DNA from: Acidobacteriota bacterium
GTDB taxonomy: Bacteria; Acidobacteriota; UBA6911
DNA: 64,000 bases
Reading direction: 5' to 3'
NCBI GenBank assembly: GCA_963664705.1
Contig: OY761556.1
Coordinates: forward strand, 4,384,001 to 4,448,000
Part shown: positions 30,443 through 39,851 of the stretch, piece after piece
How the letters are laid out: every line of letters starts with the position of its first letter
Numbering within the stretch: the stretch's first letter is position 1
Position numbers and translations under genes: made by a program
The notes under the pieces: generated by a model
Seen by the model: only the letters and a program-made list of their open reading frames with translations
Told to the model about the DNA's origin: nothing
Database searches by the model: none

Positions 30443-31816
30443 TTATTTACTCAGCCTTCGTTCCTCATACTGCGTCAGGAGTGCCCGGTTCGATTTATCT
30501 CCGGCACCCTTGCCAAAGCTTTCCTGGTAAACTCTTTGAACGGCATCGCTTTGAGTCAAGCGTCCGCTTCCCTTCCCTTCCGGGTACAACTTGCCGCGCT
30601 CATTATAGGTAGCGGTTCTATCTTGAGGCAGAAGTACCTTCGGCTGTCCTCCACCGCTCAGGCATCCCATTGGGCATGCGAGCAGTTCCATGAAGGCAAC
30701 ATCGTGGGTACCCTTTTTCATCGCTTCAAAGAAAGGAACGGCCGCCGTCAGCCCGGTAATGGCAACCGCTTTAATATTGTAGCTGCCGATTTGCACGGAG
30801 GCGGTGCGAACGCCTTCGGTTTCGGTATCGGAAAACTTGACTTCGGCGGCCCCTTCCGATTTGGAAAGAAGCTCCTGCCCGGCACGAATGACAGATGCCG
30901 CGATATCGCCTGGATTGCAGTACACGCTTGAAGCCTCCGGAATCGACGGGAGGTCCGAATCAAATGCCGCCTCCGCAATATTGCTCAGATCGATTCCGGC
31001 ATCCTTAATAAGGTAAGCCAGTTCGCGCGTTGTCAGCACCGCATCCACGTGCCGGACTCCTCCAGCACTCAATTCCGGCCGGTCGGCTTCGAATTTCCTC
31101 GAGGTGCAGGGCCCGACAGATACACTGAATATATCCGCAGGATCGACTTTCAATGCTGCCGCCACCTGTGATTTCAGCAATGCCCCCATAACCATGTTGG
31201 GCGATTTGCATGTGGTGAGGTAATGAAGCAGCTCAGGATGAAATTGCTCAATGAACTTTACCGCAGCCGGGCAAGAGGAGTTGATAACCGGCAGGATTCC
31301 TCCAGCCTGAAGCCGATGGACCAGTTCGTGGGATTGCTCGATAACCGCGATCGCGGCACCCAGCGAAAAGTCATATACCTTCCGGAACCCGATCTTCTTC
31401 AAAGCCGCCACCACACGCCCGGAAGCAATGCTTCCCGGCGCAAGGCCGAAATCCTCGGCCAGCGGACCGCACACGGCAGGGCCGCACTGCGCCAGCGCCA
31501 CGCACTTTGGATCCGCCAGGGCCTTTTTAATTTCCACCATGCGGCAATTATCGTAGGCGGCAAACAGGGGCTCCACGAAACCTTGGGGTAGCGCACGCTG
31601 TTCAATGCGTATCGCGCGAGGCGTCGCGCGTTCCTCAAACACCGTGTCATATCCGTTGCAAACTTGAACGCAGCGCCCGCATGCTACACATCGCTCTTCA
31701 TTAACGGTGTGGGGCTTGTGCCGTTCGCCGCTGATTGCCTCAGACGGGCACGCGGATACACAGTTGCCGCATCCTGTGCACAATTCCTGATCAATTCGGC
31801 TAAATCCCTCAGTCAC
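30443..31816 (-). CDS. [FeFe]-hydrogenase-like protein (FDH-linked group A4/HDCR HydA2 type) with altered H-cluster motifs
   Basis: Two N-terminal CxxCxxCxxxC motifs, EPLFAAY, P1 NSSCPAA, P2 VGPCTSRKFE and P3 ELLACPMGCLSGGGQP. Confidence 0.88.
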   Translation of the reverse strand: MTEGFSRIDQELCTGCGNCVSACPSEAISGERHKPHTVNEERCVACGRCVQVCNGYDTVFEERATPRAIRIEQRALPQGFVEPLFAAYDNCRMVEIKKALADPKCVALAQCGPAVCGPLAEDFGLAPGSIASGRVVAALKKIGFRKVYDFSLGAAIAVIEQSHELVHRLQAGGILPVINSSCPAAVKFIEQFHPELLHYLTTCKSPNMVMGALLKSQVAAALKVDPADIFSVSVGPCTSRKFEADRPELSAGGVRHVDAVLTTRELAYLIKDAGIDLSNIAEAAFDSDLPSIPEASSVYCNPGDIAASVIRAGQELLSKSEGAAEVKFSDTETEGVRTASVQIGSYNIKAVAITGLTAAVPFFEAMKKGTHDVAFMELLACPMGCLSGGGQPKVLLPQDRTATYNERGKLYPEGKGSGRLTQSDAVQRVYQESFGKGAGDKSNRALLTQYEERRLSK

Positions 31817-31836
31817 CCGCGACTCCTTTTCGAACG

Positions 31837-32430
31837 TTAAACCCCTAAATTGACTCCCGACTGCAACAGCAGATCAAGAGCCGCCTCGGTATTTTTCCGG
31901 CTCTTTTCCTTGGCCGGGTTCACCAGAGCCAGCGCCTTCTCCGGACAGGTTTCAACGCAAGCAGGCCCATTGGATCGATGAATGCACAAATCACAATTGC
32001 TCGCCCGGTGAAACCGACGGGTCTTCCATTCTTCCGGCGTTGGCTTATCCCCGGGGAAAATGGGCATGGTCCCGGCAGGCAACGGAACAAACTCGATCGC
32101 ACCGAACGGACATGCCATCAGGCAAAGCTTGCACCCGACACACCGCGTGGTATCCACAACGGTCCGACCGTTGACCCTCGAAATGGCGGACATCTGGCAG
32201 ACGTTGCGGCAGGGAGCATCCACGCAGTGATGGCATTGCACCGGCGCCGAGAGGTCGTCCGTAACCATGACGAAAAGCCTCGGGATAAAAACGCCGGCCG
32301 CTGCGCCGGCTGTATTCGCCTTTGATTCGGCATGCACCACAGCGCATGCCACTTCACAGGTGCGGCATCCGATGCACTTTTCAGCATCACTCTGAACGAA
32401 AGGGCTGAACTGTTCCGTGCTCAATTTCAC
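31837..32430 (-). CDS. 4x[4Fe-4S] electron-transfer subunit (HycB/HyfA-like)
   Basis: CIGCRTCEVAC, CHHCVDAPCRNVC, CVGCKLCLMACP and CDLC...CVETCP motifs. Confidence 0.88.
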   Translation of the reverse strand: MKLSTEQFSPFVQSDAEKCIGCRTCEVACAVVHAESKANTAGAAAGVFIPRLFVMVTDDLSAPVQCHHCVDAPCRNVCQMSAISRVNGRTVVDTTRCVGCKLCLMACPFGAIEFVPLPAGTMPIFPGDKPTPEEWKTRRFHRASNCDLCIHRSNGPACVETCPEKALALVNPAKEKSRKNTEAALDLLLQSGVNLGV

Positions 32431-32817
32431 ACTCCATGACAGGGATGGCCATCCGTAATCTTGCTATGCCGGTGCTTCTGCGGAATTTAATAGAATATCC
32501 TGCGGATTCACACGGTTGTCTGCGGCGGCTTCAACCCATATCTTATACACATACTACGTTTGCAGCGGCGCAATCTGACGAGCCGAGCCCTCTGGCATTC
32601 TCGTAAGGATAACTATGCCGCTGATCTGAACCAACGACGAGCGCAGGGATACTATCATAAGGAATACTTCTAAAGATAGTTAAAACTCATTATCAAAATG
32701 ACAGGCAGAAAGCCCCTGAATCCGAGTGGAGCGCTCCGGATTTCAGCCTTGCAACCCTGTGATCTACAACCTTATATCTGTCATACTAAGAGCTCCCCCC
32801 TAAGCCGGGAGAGATCC

Positions 32818-35265
32818 ATGGGGCTCAAAGAATATCAGCGGAAACGAGATTTCACCCGCACGCCCGAACCCAAGGGAAGTGATCCGCAAAAACCAGGCAA
32901 TGACTATCTCATCCAGAAGCACGCAGCACGACAACTTCACTATGACTTCAGGCTGGAACTGGATGGTGTTCTGCTCAGTTGGGCGGTTCCGAAAGGGCCC
33001 AGCCTGGACCCTGGAGAACGAAGACTGGCCGTTCACGTTGAAGACCATCCCCTTGAATATGGCACATTTGAAGGCACCATCCCCGCGGGCGAATATGGCG
33101 GTGGGACTGTTCTGCTCTGGGACCGAGGCACCTGGGAGCCGGAAGGGGATCCACATGAAGGACTGCGCCGCGGCGACTTCAAATTCCAGCTTCACGGCGA
33201 AAAACTGCGCGGCCGATGGGTTCTGGTTCGCATGGGGAAGCAATCGGCACGGGAAAACGCAAAGGAAAACTGGCTCCTGATAAAACACTCCGATTCGGAG
33301 GCATCGCCGCTCGCTGAAAGAGACATCCTTCTGGAAAGGCCCGAAAGCGTGGTCAGCGGACGCGGAATGGATCAGATTGCTTCAGCCCAGGGCGCGGAAT
33401 GGAAAAACGGAGGGGCGGTTCCTCCCCATCAACCACAGCCCGTTCCAGGAGCCCGGAAAGCCGAGTTGCCCTTAAAGGTGCGGCCTCAGCTGGCCACTCT
33501 CGTTTCGAGAATCCCAGAAGGAGACAACTGGCTGCACGAAATCAAGTTCGATGGATACCGTGCACTGTGCCGGATTGAAAATGGTCAGGCTTCCTTCTTC
33601 ACCCGCGAGGGGCACAACTGGACGGACAAATTCGGCCGGCTCCCCGAGGAAGCCGCAAGACTCCCCGTCCAAAGCGCCATTCTGGACGGTGAAGTGGTTG
33701 TGCTCCTTCCGAATGGCTCGACCAGTTTCCAGGCTCTGCAGGCTTCACTCGGGAAAGGGGGCGGCGCGCTTGTTTTCTTTGCTTTCGATCTTCTTTATCT
33801 GAACGGGTTCGACCTCCGGGATAGCCCCCTCGCCCCAAGAAAGGAGGCATTGGCTGCCATTCTGCAAGGCCGCTCGGAGGCAATACGCTTCAGCGATCAT
33901 ATTCTGGGCAGCGGCAAAGAGCTCTTTGAAAGAGCTGCCGAATATTCCTTGGAAGGCATTATTTCCAAACGAGCCGACCGTCCATATGTTTCCGGCCGCT
34001 CGACGGATTGGTTGAAGATAAAGTGCCTCAACAGCCAGGAATTCCTGGTGGGTGGATTCACCAATCCATCAGGAACTCGACAGGGGTTCGGAGCCCTGCT
34101 GGTGGGGACTCTGGATGACGGAATCCTCATCTATCGTGGCAAGGTTGGCACCGGCTATTCCGACAAGGCACTGGCGGAATTGAGGCTGCGGCTGGATAGC
34201 TTACTGCGGCCGGAATCCCCTTTCTCAAACATGCCGAAGGAAATATCCCCGCGCGGCGTTCACTGGGTAAATCCAGAACTGACCATCCAGGTTAAGTTTG
34301 CGGCGTGGACTCGCGACGGCCTTCTCCGGCATCCTTCCTTTCTGGGATTGCGCGAAGATAAAGATCCCCAAGACGTGCACTTCGAAAACAAGCCGGTTGC
34401 CCCGATAGTTCGCCGAGGAATCGGGGCCAACAAACAAAACCATGAGGTTGCCGGAGTCAAGATCACCAATCCGGACAAGGTACTATATCCGGAAGCCGGA
34501 ATAACAAAGATTGAGTTGGCCCGCTATTACGAAGCCATCGCCGAATGGGCAATGCCGCGCATTGCTCAAAGGCCGCTCATGCTTCTGCGCAGCCCGGAGG
34601 GTATCGGGAAAAAGGGCTTTTATCAGAAGCACGCCTCCGACTCAGTGCCGGACAGTATTCTTCGCATACGGCTGAATGAACAGGGAGACGAGGAAGCCGG
34701 GATTGCCATCAACTCGGTGGCCGGGCTCATCTCGCTGGCCCAGATGGACACGCTGGAAATCCACGCGTGGGGATGCCGGATTGACCAAATGGACAATCCG
34801 GATTTGATGATCCTCGATTTGGACCCGGATCCGGCCGTACCATGGAAGCAGGTCGTGGCAGCTGCACACGAAATCAGGGCCCTCCTTCAAAGCATTGGAT
34901 TGACTCCATTTGTCAAGACAACGGGAGGGAAAGGCCTGCATATCGAAACTCCCTGGATTCGAAAAGCCACCTGGGATGAAATGAAAACCTTCTCGAAACA
35001 GATCGCCGAAACGCTGTCGAAAGAATACCCGGATCGATATATAGCGGTCATGTCCAAGGTTCGAAGACAAGGGAAGATATTTGTGGACTACCTGCGAAAT
35101 GGTCGTGGAGCCACGGCTATTTGCCCCTTTTCAACGCGCGCTCGTCCCGGAGCACCGGTAGCCATGCCGATTGAGTGGGATGAACTCACTCCGGATCTTC
35201 GTCCCGACCAATTCACTATTCGCAACCTGCCAAAATTTACCAATGGGATCAAACCCGGGAAGTGA
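32818..35265 (+). CDS. ligD: NHEJ DNA ligase D (phosphoesterase-ligase-polymerase)
   Basis: YQRKRDF..TPEP, QKHAARQLHYDFRLE, EIKFDGYR, WLKIK, DLDP, KTTGGKGLH and DYLRN motifs. Confidence 0.95.
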   Translation: MGLKEYQRKRDFTRTPEPKGSDPQKPGNDYLIQKHAARQLHYDFRLELDGVLLSWAVPKGPSLDPGERRLAVHVEDHPLEYGTFEGTIPAGEYGGGTVLLWDRGTWEPEGDPHEGLRRGDFKFQLHGEKLRGRWVLVRMGKQSARENAKENWLLIKHSDSEASPLAERDILLERPESVVSGRGMDQIASAQGAEWKNGGAVPPHQPQPVPGARKAELPLKVRPQLATLVSRIPEGDNWLHEIKFDGYRALCRIENGQASFFTREGHNWTDKFGRLPEEAARLPVQSAILDGEVVVLLPNGSTSFQALQASLGKGGGALVFFAFDLLYLNGFDLRDSPLAPRKEALAAILQGRSEAIRFSDHILGSGKELFERAAEYSLEGIISKRADRPYVSGRSTDWLKIKCLNSQEFLVGGFTNPSGTRQGFGALLVGTLDDGILIYRGKVGTGYSDKALAELRLRLDSLLRPESPFSNMPKEISPRGVHWVNPELTIQVKFAAWTRDGLLRHPSFLGLREDKDPQDVHFENKPVAPIVRRGIGANKQNHEVAGVKITNPDKVLYPEAGITKIELARYYEAIAEWAMPRIAQRPLMLLRSPEGIGKKGFYQKHASDSVPDSILRIRLNEQGDEEAGIAINSVAGLISLAQMDTLEIHAWGCRIDQMDNPDLMILDLDPDPAVPWKQVVAAAHEIRALLQSIGLTPFVKTTGGKGLHIETPWIRKATWDEMKTFSKQIAETLSKEYPDRYIAVMSKVRRQGKIFVDYLRNGRGATAICPFSTRARPGAPVAMPIEWDELTPDLRPDQFTIRNLPKFTNGIKPGK

Positions 35266-35305
35266 AAAAATGCGGATTCTTTAAGGATGTTGTTCGCACT
35301 GTCCG

Positions 35306-36067
35306 ATGGAAATCCCTATGGAAGCGAACACGAAAGTGACAGCGTTCAATTGCCCAAATTGCGGGGCTGCGGTTGCACCGGACAGTCCCTCATGCAGTTA
35401 TTGTAAATCCACGGTTGCGGCTCGCGTGTGTCCTGCCTGTTTTGGTGCGGTTGCGATCGGGATGCGGCATTGCCCTCACTGTGGGGCGGAAGCCATCGGT
35501 TCAATATCGGCCAAGGCTGGCCCGCAGCATTGCCCGCGCTGTGATGCGAGCCTGCGGGAGCAAAACGTGGGGAAAAGTGCCATCAGCATCTGCACTCAAT
35601 GCGGGGGTCTCTGGGTTGGAAAGAATGTCTTCCAGGAAATCTGCACGCGTGAGGAAGAACAGGAAGCGGTCCTGTCATTCAAGCAGGAACCCATTGCAAC
35701 GGTTCCGCAAACCTCCGCGCGAAGACCACAGCGCGCCTACATCCCCTGCCCCGAATGCGGGAAATTGATGAATCACAAAAACTTCTCCGGTTCCGGCACT
35801 ATCCTGGACTGGTGCCGGGATCACGGCAGTTGGTTCGATCGGAATGAATTGCAACAGATTGTTGGGTTTATTCGCGAAGGGGGCCTACGGAAAGCGCGGC
35901 AGCGCGAACAGCTCAAAATCAAGGAACAGGAAGACCAGTTGCGGCAAAGGGAATTCGCACTCGCTACGATGGAGCGGCGACTGGACCCCGGAAGCGACGT
36001 AAGGATGACCCTCTCGGGAAACGGCGATTCGCTTCTGGAATTTGTCGCAAAAATGTTTCTCAAATAG
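35306..36067 (+). CDS. Multi-zinc-ribbon protein (double zinc ribbon + TFIIB-type zinc fingers)
   Basis: Eight CxxC/CxxH pairs, including CTQCGGLW and WCRDHGSWFDRNEL. Confidence 0.75.
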   Translation: MEIPMEANTKVTAFNCPNCGAAVAPDSPSCSYCKSTVAARVCPACFGAVAIGMRHCPHCGAEAIGSISAKAGPQHCPRCDASLREQNVGKSAISICTQCGGLWVGKNVFQEICTREEEQEAVLSFKQEPIATVPQTSARRPQRAYIPCPECGKLMNHKNFSGSGTILDWCRDHGSWFDRNELQQIVGFIREGGLRKARQREQLKIKEQEDQLRQREFALATMERRLDPGSDVRMTLSGNGDSLLEFVAKMFLK

Positions 36068-36260
36068 GTCTTTACCAATATTTTAGTAGATAACCGCATC
36101 CCGGAATTACCAATCAGGCAAGGTCTATTTACTTAAGTACCGCTAACAGTTAGCCGGGAACTGCCGATAACAGTGTACGGATTGGTCGATGACATCGGAA
36201 TACCGCCAACCTTATTTGCATCGCGTATAGGTACCCCAATAGAGGAGGAGCGTTGTAAAC

Positions 36261-36869
36261 ATGAGTGAAAAAAACCAGAACGGTTTTACGCTGATTGAAG
36301 TAATTGTTGCGATAGCCGTGGTCGCAATCCTCGCAGGCATCATAACTCCGAGTGTGATCAAGCATCTGGATGATTCCAAACGTGCCCGGGCTCAAAACGA
36401 TTGCCTGGTCATTGGCTCATCCATCGCGAGTTTCTATAAGGATCTGGGCCGAATGCCCACCGCCAACGGATCCGGGACTGCAGCGGTTGTGTTGCTGGTC
36501 AGTCAAGGAAACGTTCCCACTCTCGGAACAGGCGTAACGATATGGAACCGCGCCACAACTAACGGCACCTGTGACCTTTTGTCCAATCACCTCTCAGCCA
36601 ACACACCCAAAAGCCAAAGCGCCTGGACCTATCCGGCTCCGCCTACAGAGCTTTCGTGGCGGGGACCTTATGCATCGTCGTTTCCCTCAGATCCGTGGGG
36701 AAACCGCTATGCCGTCAACATAGGCAACTGGAGCGCCGCCTATCCAGCGGTTTGGGTACTCTCGGCTGGGCCGGATGGCATTGTGCAGACGGCATTTAGC
36801 CCTGCAGCGCCTGCGGTAGGCACAACATTGGCCCCAAGTGGCGACGATATCGTCTACAGGCTTCGGTAG
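36261..36869 (+). CDS. Prepilin/major pseudopilin (GspG-like)
   Basis: Class III signal NG|FTLIEVIVAIAVVAIL; WRGPY, DPWGN and SAGPDG motifs. Confidence 0.88.
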   Translation: MSEKNQNGFTLIEVIVAIAVVAILAGIITPSVIKHLDDSKRARAQNDCLVIGSSIASFYKDLGRMPTANGSGTAAVVLLVSQGNVPTLGTGVTIWNRATTNGTCDLLSNHLSANTPKSQSAWTYPAPPTELSWRGPYASSFPSDPWGNRYAVNIGNWSAAYPAVWVLSAGPDGIVQTAFSPAAPAVGTTLAPSGDDIVYRLR

Positions 36870-36944
36870 GTGATTGCAATCCAACTGATTCCTATATCCA
36901 GAGCGCGGACGGAAAAACTCTTTCAGTCCGGAGCTTAACAGGCT

Positions 36945-38642
36945 ATGGCTGAGGCACAGATTTCCACCGAATCAAGAAAGGGACTGCTGGGAGAGCAGTT
37001 GCTCGCCACCGGTGTTGTGACCGAGGCTCAACTTACAATTGCGCTTCAGCAACAGAGACGGACGGGCGAACTGCTCGGCGAAATATTGCGCAAGCTGGGG
37101 TTCCTGTCATCGGACGGCTTGTCCCTGGCGTTGGCTCACCAGTTTGGAGCAGAACACGTTGATCTGGATCATCTGGATCCTAGTGCCCAGTGCATCGCCA
37201 TGGTCCCGGAGAAGATGGCTCGCGAGCGCCATGTAGTTCCGGTGCGATTGCAAAGCGGTGTACTCACCGTGGCGATGGCCAACATCTATGATGTCGTAAC
37301 CATTTCAGAGATTGAAAGCAGCAACAACATCACGGTCCACGCTGTCTCCTCCTCCATGGATTCCATGCAGCGTGCCGTTGTCAGAATTTACGAACATGCC
37401 AGCTCCATGGAACAGCTCATCGACGACTGCATTGCGCGGGCAGCCGCAGATATCGGCGAGTCGTCCGAAGCGGCGCAGGATGCTCAGGACGCGCCCATCA
37501 TCCGCTTAGTTGAATTGATGCTGATTCGCTGTATCCGGCAAGAGGCCACCGATCTGCACATTGAGCCGGAGCAACAGCTTGTGCGAACGCGCATCCGGGT
37601 CGACGGCGTTTTGCAGTTGGGCAATGCTCTACCAAGATCCATTTTCCCCGCCGTGGTGGCACGTTTGAAGATCATGGCGGGTGCAAATATCGCGGAATCA
37701 CGTCAGCCTCAGGACGGGCGCATCAGCTACGTTCTTGACAGGCGAACCGTGGACATACGCGCCTCCTTTTTCCCAACCATATTCGGGGAAAATGTAGTCC
37801 TTCGATTTCTGGACCGATCCAAATTGATTGTCGGACTATCCCAGCTGGGCCTCAGCGATTCCAATTTCACTGACTTATGCCAGGCTTTATCGCACCCCTA
37901 TGGAATGATCCTGGTCACGGGCCCGACGGGATCCGGCAAGACAACCACTCTATATTCCGCGCTAAATTTCATGAACTCGCTGGAAAAAAACATCATGACC
38001 GTCGAGGATCCAGTCGAGTACGAAATCCCTCTGATACGCCAATCCCAGGTAAACCTGAAGGCCGGATTAACCTTCGCCACCGCTTTGCGTTCCTTTCTGC
38101 GCCAGGACCCCGATGTCATCCTGGTCGGAGAAATTCGCGACAGTGAAACAGCCGAGTTGAGCGTGCATGCGGCTCTGACAGGGCATATGCTGCTCTCCAC
38201 TCTGCATACCAATAATGCCTCGGGCGCCATCCCCCGTCTCGTCGAAATGGGGCAATCGCCTCACAGCCTTGCATCTTCATTAATACTTGTAGTTGCCCAG
38301 CGTCTGTTCAGGCGCATTTGTCCGGCATGCCGTGAACCCTATGCGCCGGAACCACGTAAGCTCGAGATGCTTGGACTGCCGCCCAATCATGACTACTACC
38401 ATGGGGCAGGCTGCCCAAAATGCAATTTCAGCGGCTATAAGGGCCGCGGCGGATTGTATGAAATACTGAAGGTGACGCCTGAGATCCAGAACCTGATCCT
38501 ATCCAAGGCTCCGCATCAGGAAGTTGCGCGGCAGGCCCGGTTGCAGGGCATGCGGACGCTGTCAGAAGATGCGATTGACAAGGTCTTGGCCGGCGTTACC
38601 GATGTCGAGGAATCCATACGCGTAACGTTTGAGGGATTCTAA
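36945..38642 (+). CDS. gspE: GspE/PilB/MshE assembly ATPase with N-terminal MshEN-like domain
   Basis: DLHIEP, PQDGR, GPTGSGKTTT, EDPVEY, LRQDPD, TGH..LSTLHTN and two CxxC motifs. Confidence 0.92.
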   Translation: MAEAQISTESRKGLLGEQLLATGVVTEAQLTIALQQQRRTGELLGEILRKLGFLSSDGLSLALAHQFGAEHVDLDHLDPSAQCIAMVPEKMARERHVVPVRLQSGVLTVAMANIYDVVTISEIESSNNITVHAVSSSMDSMQRAVVRIYEHASSMEQLIDDCIARAAADIGESSEAAQDAQDAPIIRLVELMLIRCIRQEATDLHIEPEQQLVRTRIRVDGVLQLGNALPRSIFPAVVARLKIMAGANIAESRQPQDGRISYVLDRRTVDIRASFFPTIFGENVVLRFLDRSKLIVGLSQLGLSDSNFTDLCQALSHPYGMILVTGPTGSGKTTTLYSALNFMNSLEKNIMTVEDPVEYEIPLIRQSQVNLKAGLTFATALRSFLRQDPDVILVGEIRDSETAELSVHAALTGHMLLSTLHTNNASGAIPRLVEMGQSPHSLASSLILVVAQRLFRRICPACREPYAPEPRKLEMLGLPPNHDYYHGAGCPKCNFSGYKGRGGLYEILKVTPEIQNLILSKAPHQEVARQARLQGMRTLSEDAIDKVLAGVTDVEESIRVTFEGF

Positions 38643-38643
38643 A

Positions 38644-39846
38644 ATGCCGGTATTCCAATACGTGGCACGCAATGAAAGCGGCAGGGACCGATCCGGCGTG
38701 CTGCTCGCCCCGAATGAAGACGTTCTTTACGAAACGCTGCGGAAGCAGGGGCTTTTTCTGATGCAGAGCCGCATGCGCGGCCGGCACATGCTGAAACCGG
38801 ATCGAGTCAAGATCTCTTCCAAACAGCTGTTGGCTTTCACGATCCATATTTCCACATATCAACAGTCCGGAATTCCTCTGATGCAGACGCTGCAGGCGTT
38901 GTCGCGCGAATCCTCCGGCGTCCAGTTTCAGTCCATGATCGAAGGACTGATTAACCGCATATCCGGAGGGTCGTCCTTTTCCGAGGCTTTGTCGCAGTAT
39001 CCGCGCATCTTTGACAGACACTACATCCAGATGGTGACCACCGGTGAGGCCGCAGGACAATTGGATGCCCGCATGGAAGAACTGGTCGGCCACCTTGAAT
39101 GGCAGCAGGAGATTCGCTCGCAGGTCAGGCAAAGCAGCACCTATCCGGTCATTATTATCTCCATGCTTCTAGGCATCGTGACGCTCCTGATGACCTTTAC
39201 GCTGCCCAGGTTTGTGAAGCTGCTCGTGCAATTCAATGTACCGCTGCCGACGCCAACCCGCATGGTCATCGTTGCCTCTAATCTATTTTCACAATACTGG
39301 TATCTCCTCCCTTTGCTGGCAGCCGCCCCTTTTGCACTCATTTTCGGCCTCAAACGCACTCAAAGCGGACGCCTCCTGCTGGATAAGGCCAAATTGCACT
39401 TGCCGCTCCTGGGCCCGCTCAATCGCAAAATTGCCATGTCCCGTTTTGCGCATATATACAGTTGCCTCTATGCCGCCGGCATCGAAACTCTTTCCGCCTT
39501 GAGCATTGTCGAAGGGTTGGTAGGAAATCTGGTAATCGGCAAGGCGATCGCGCGCGTGCGGCAAGGAGTTTCAGCCGGGAAGTCCATATCCCAGCAGTTA
39601 TCCGAAGACGGCGAGTTTCCGCCATTTCTGGTGCACATGATGAGCGCCGGAGAAGAAAGCGGAAATCTGGACGCTACCTTGCGAAAAGTATCCCAATACT
39701 ACGATCGTGAGATACCCGCCGCCATCAAACGGGCTTTTTCCGTGCTTGAGCCATTGGTTCTAGTGGTCATGGGAGCACTGGTTGCATTTATCGCTTTATC
39801 TATTCTGCTGCCGATATATCAATTCGGGGCATCTATTAACAAATAA
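38644..39846 (+). CDS. gspF: GspF/PilC platform protein
   Basis: SGIPL, GEAAGQL, YP, P.PT, GEESGNL and EP motifs. Confidence 0.9.
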   Translation: MPVFQYVARNESGRDRSGVLLAPNEDVLYETLRKQGLFLMQSRMRGRHMLKPDRVKISSKQLLAFTIHISTYQQSGIPLMQTLQALSRESSGVQFQSMIEGLINRISGGSSFSEALSQYPRIFDRHYIQMVTTGEAAGQLDARMEELVGHLEWQQEIRSQVRQSSTYPVIIISMLLGIVTLLMTFTLPRFVKLLVQFNVPLPTPTRMVIVASNLFSQYWYLLPLLAAAPFALIFGLKRTQSGRLLLDKAKLHLPLLGPLNRKIAMSRFAHIYSCLYAAGIETLSALSIVEGLVGNLVIGKAIARVRQGVSAGKSISQQLSEDGEFPPFLVHMMSAGEESGNLDATLRKVSQYYDREIPAAIKRAFSVLEPLVLVVMGALVAFIALSILLPIYQFGASINK

Positions 39847-39851
39847 GCTCT

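Noticed and set aside
32431-32817. Search for a sigma-54/FhlA-type promoter for the hydrogenase cluster
   Set aside because: The best minus-strand candidate (CGGCTCGTCAGATTGC, ~32570-32585) has GG-N11-GC spacing rather than N10.
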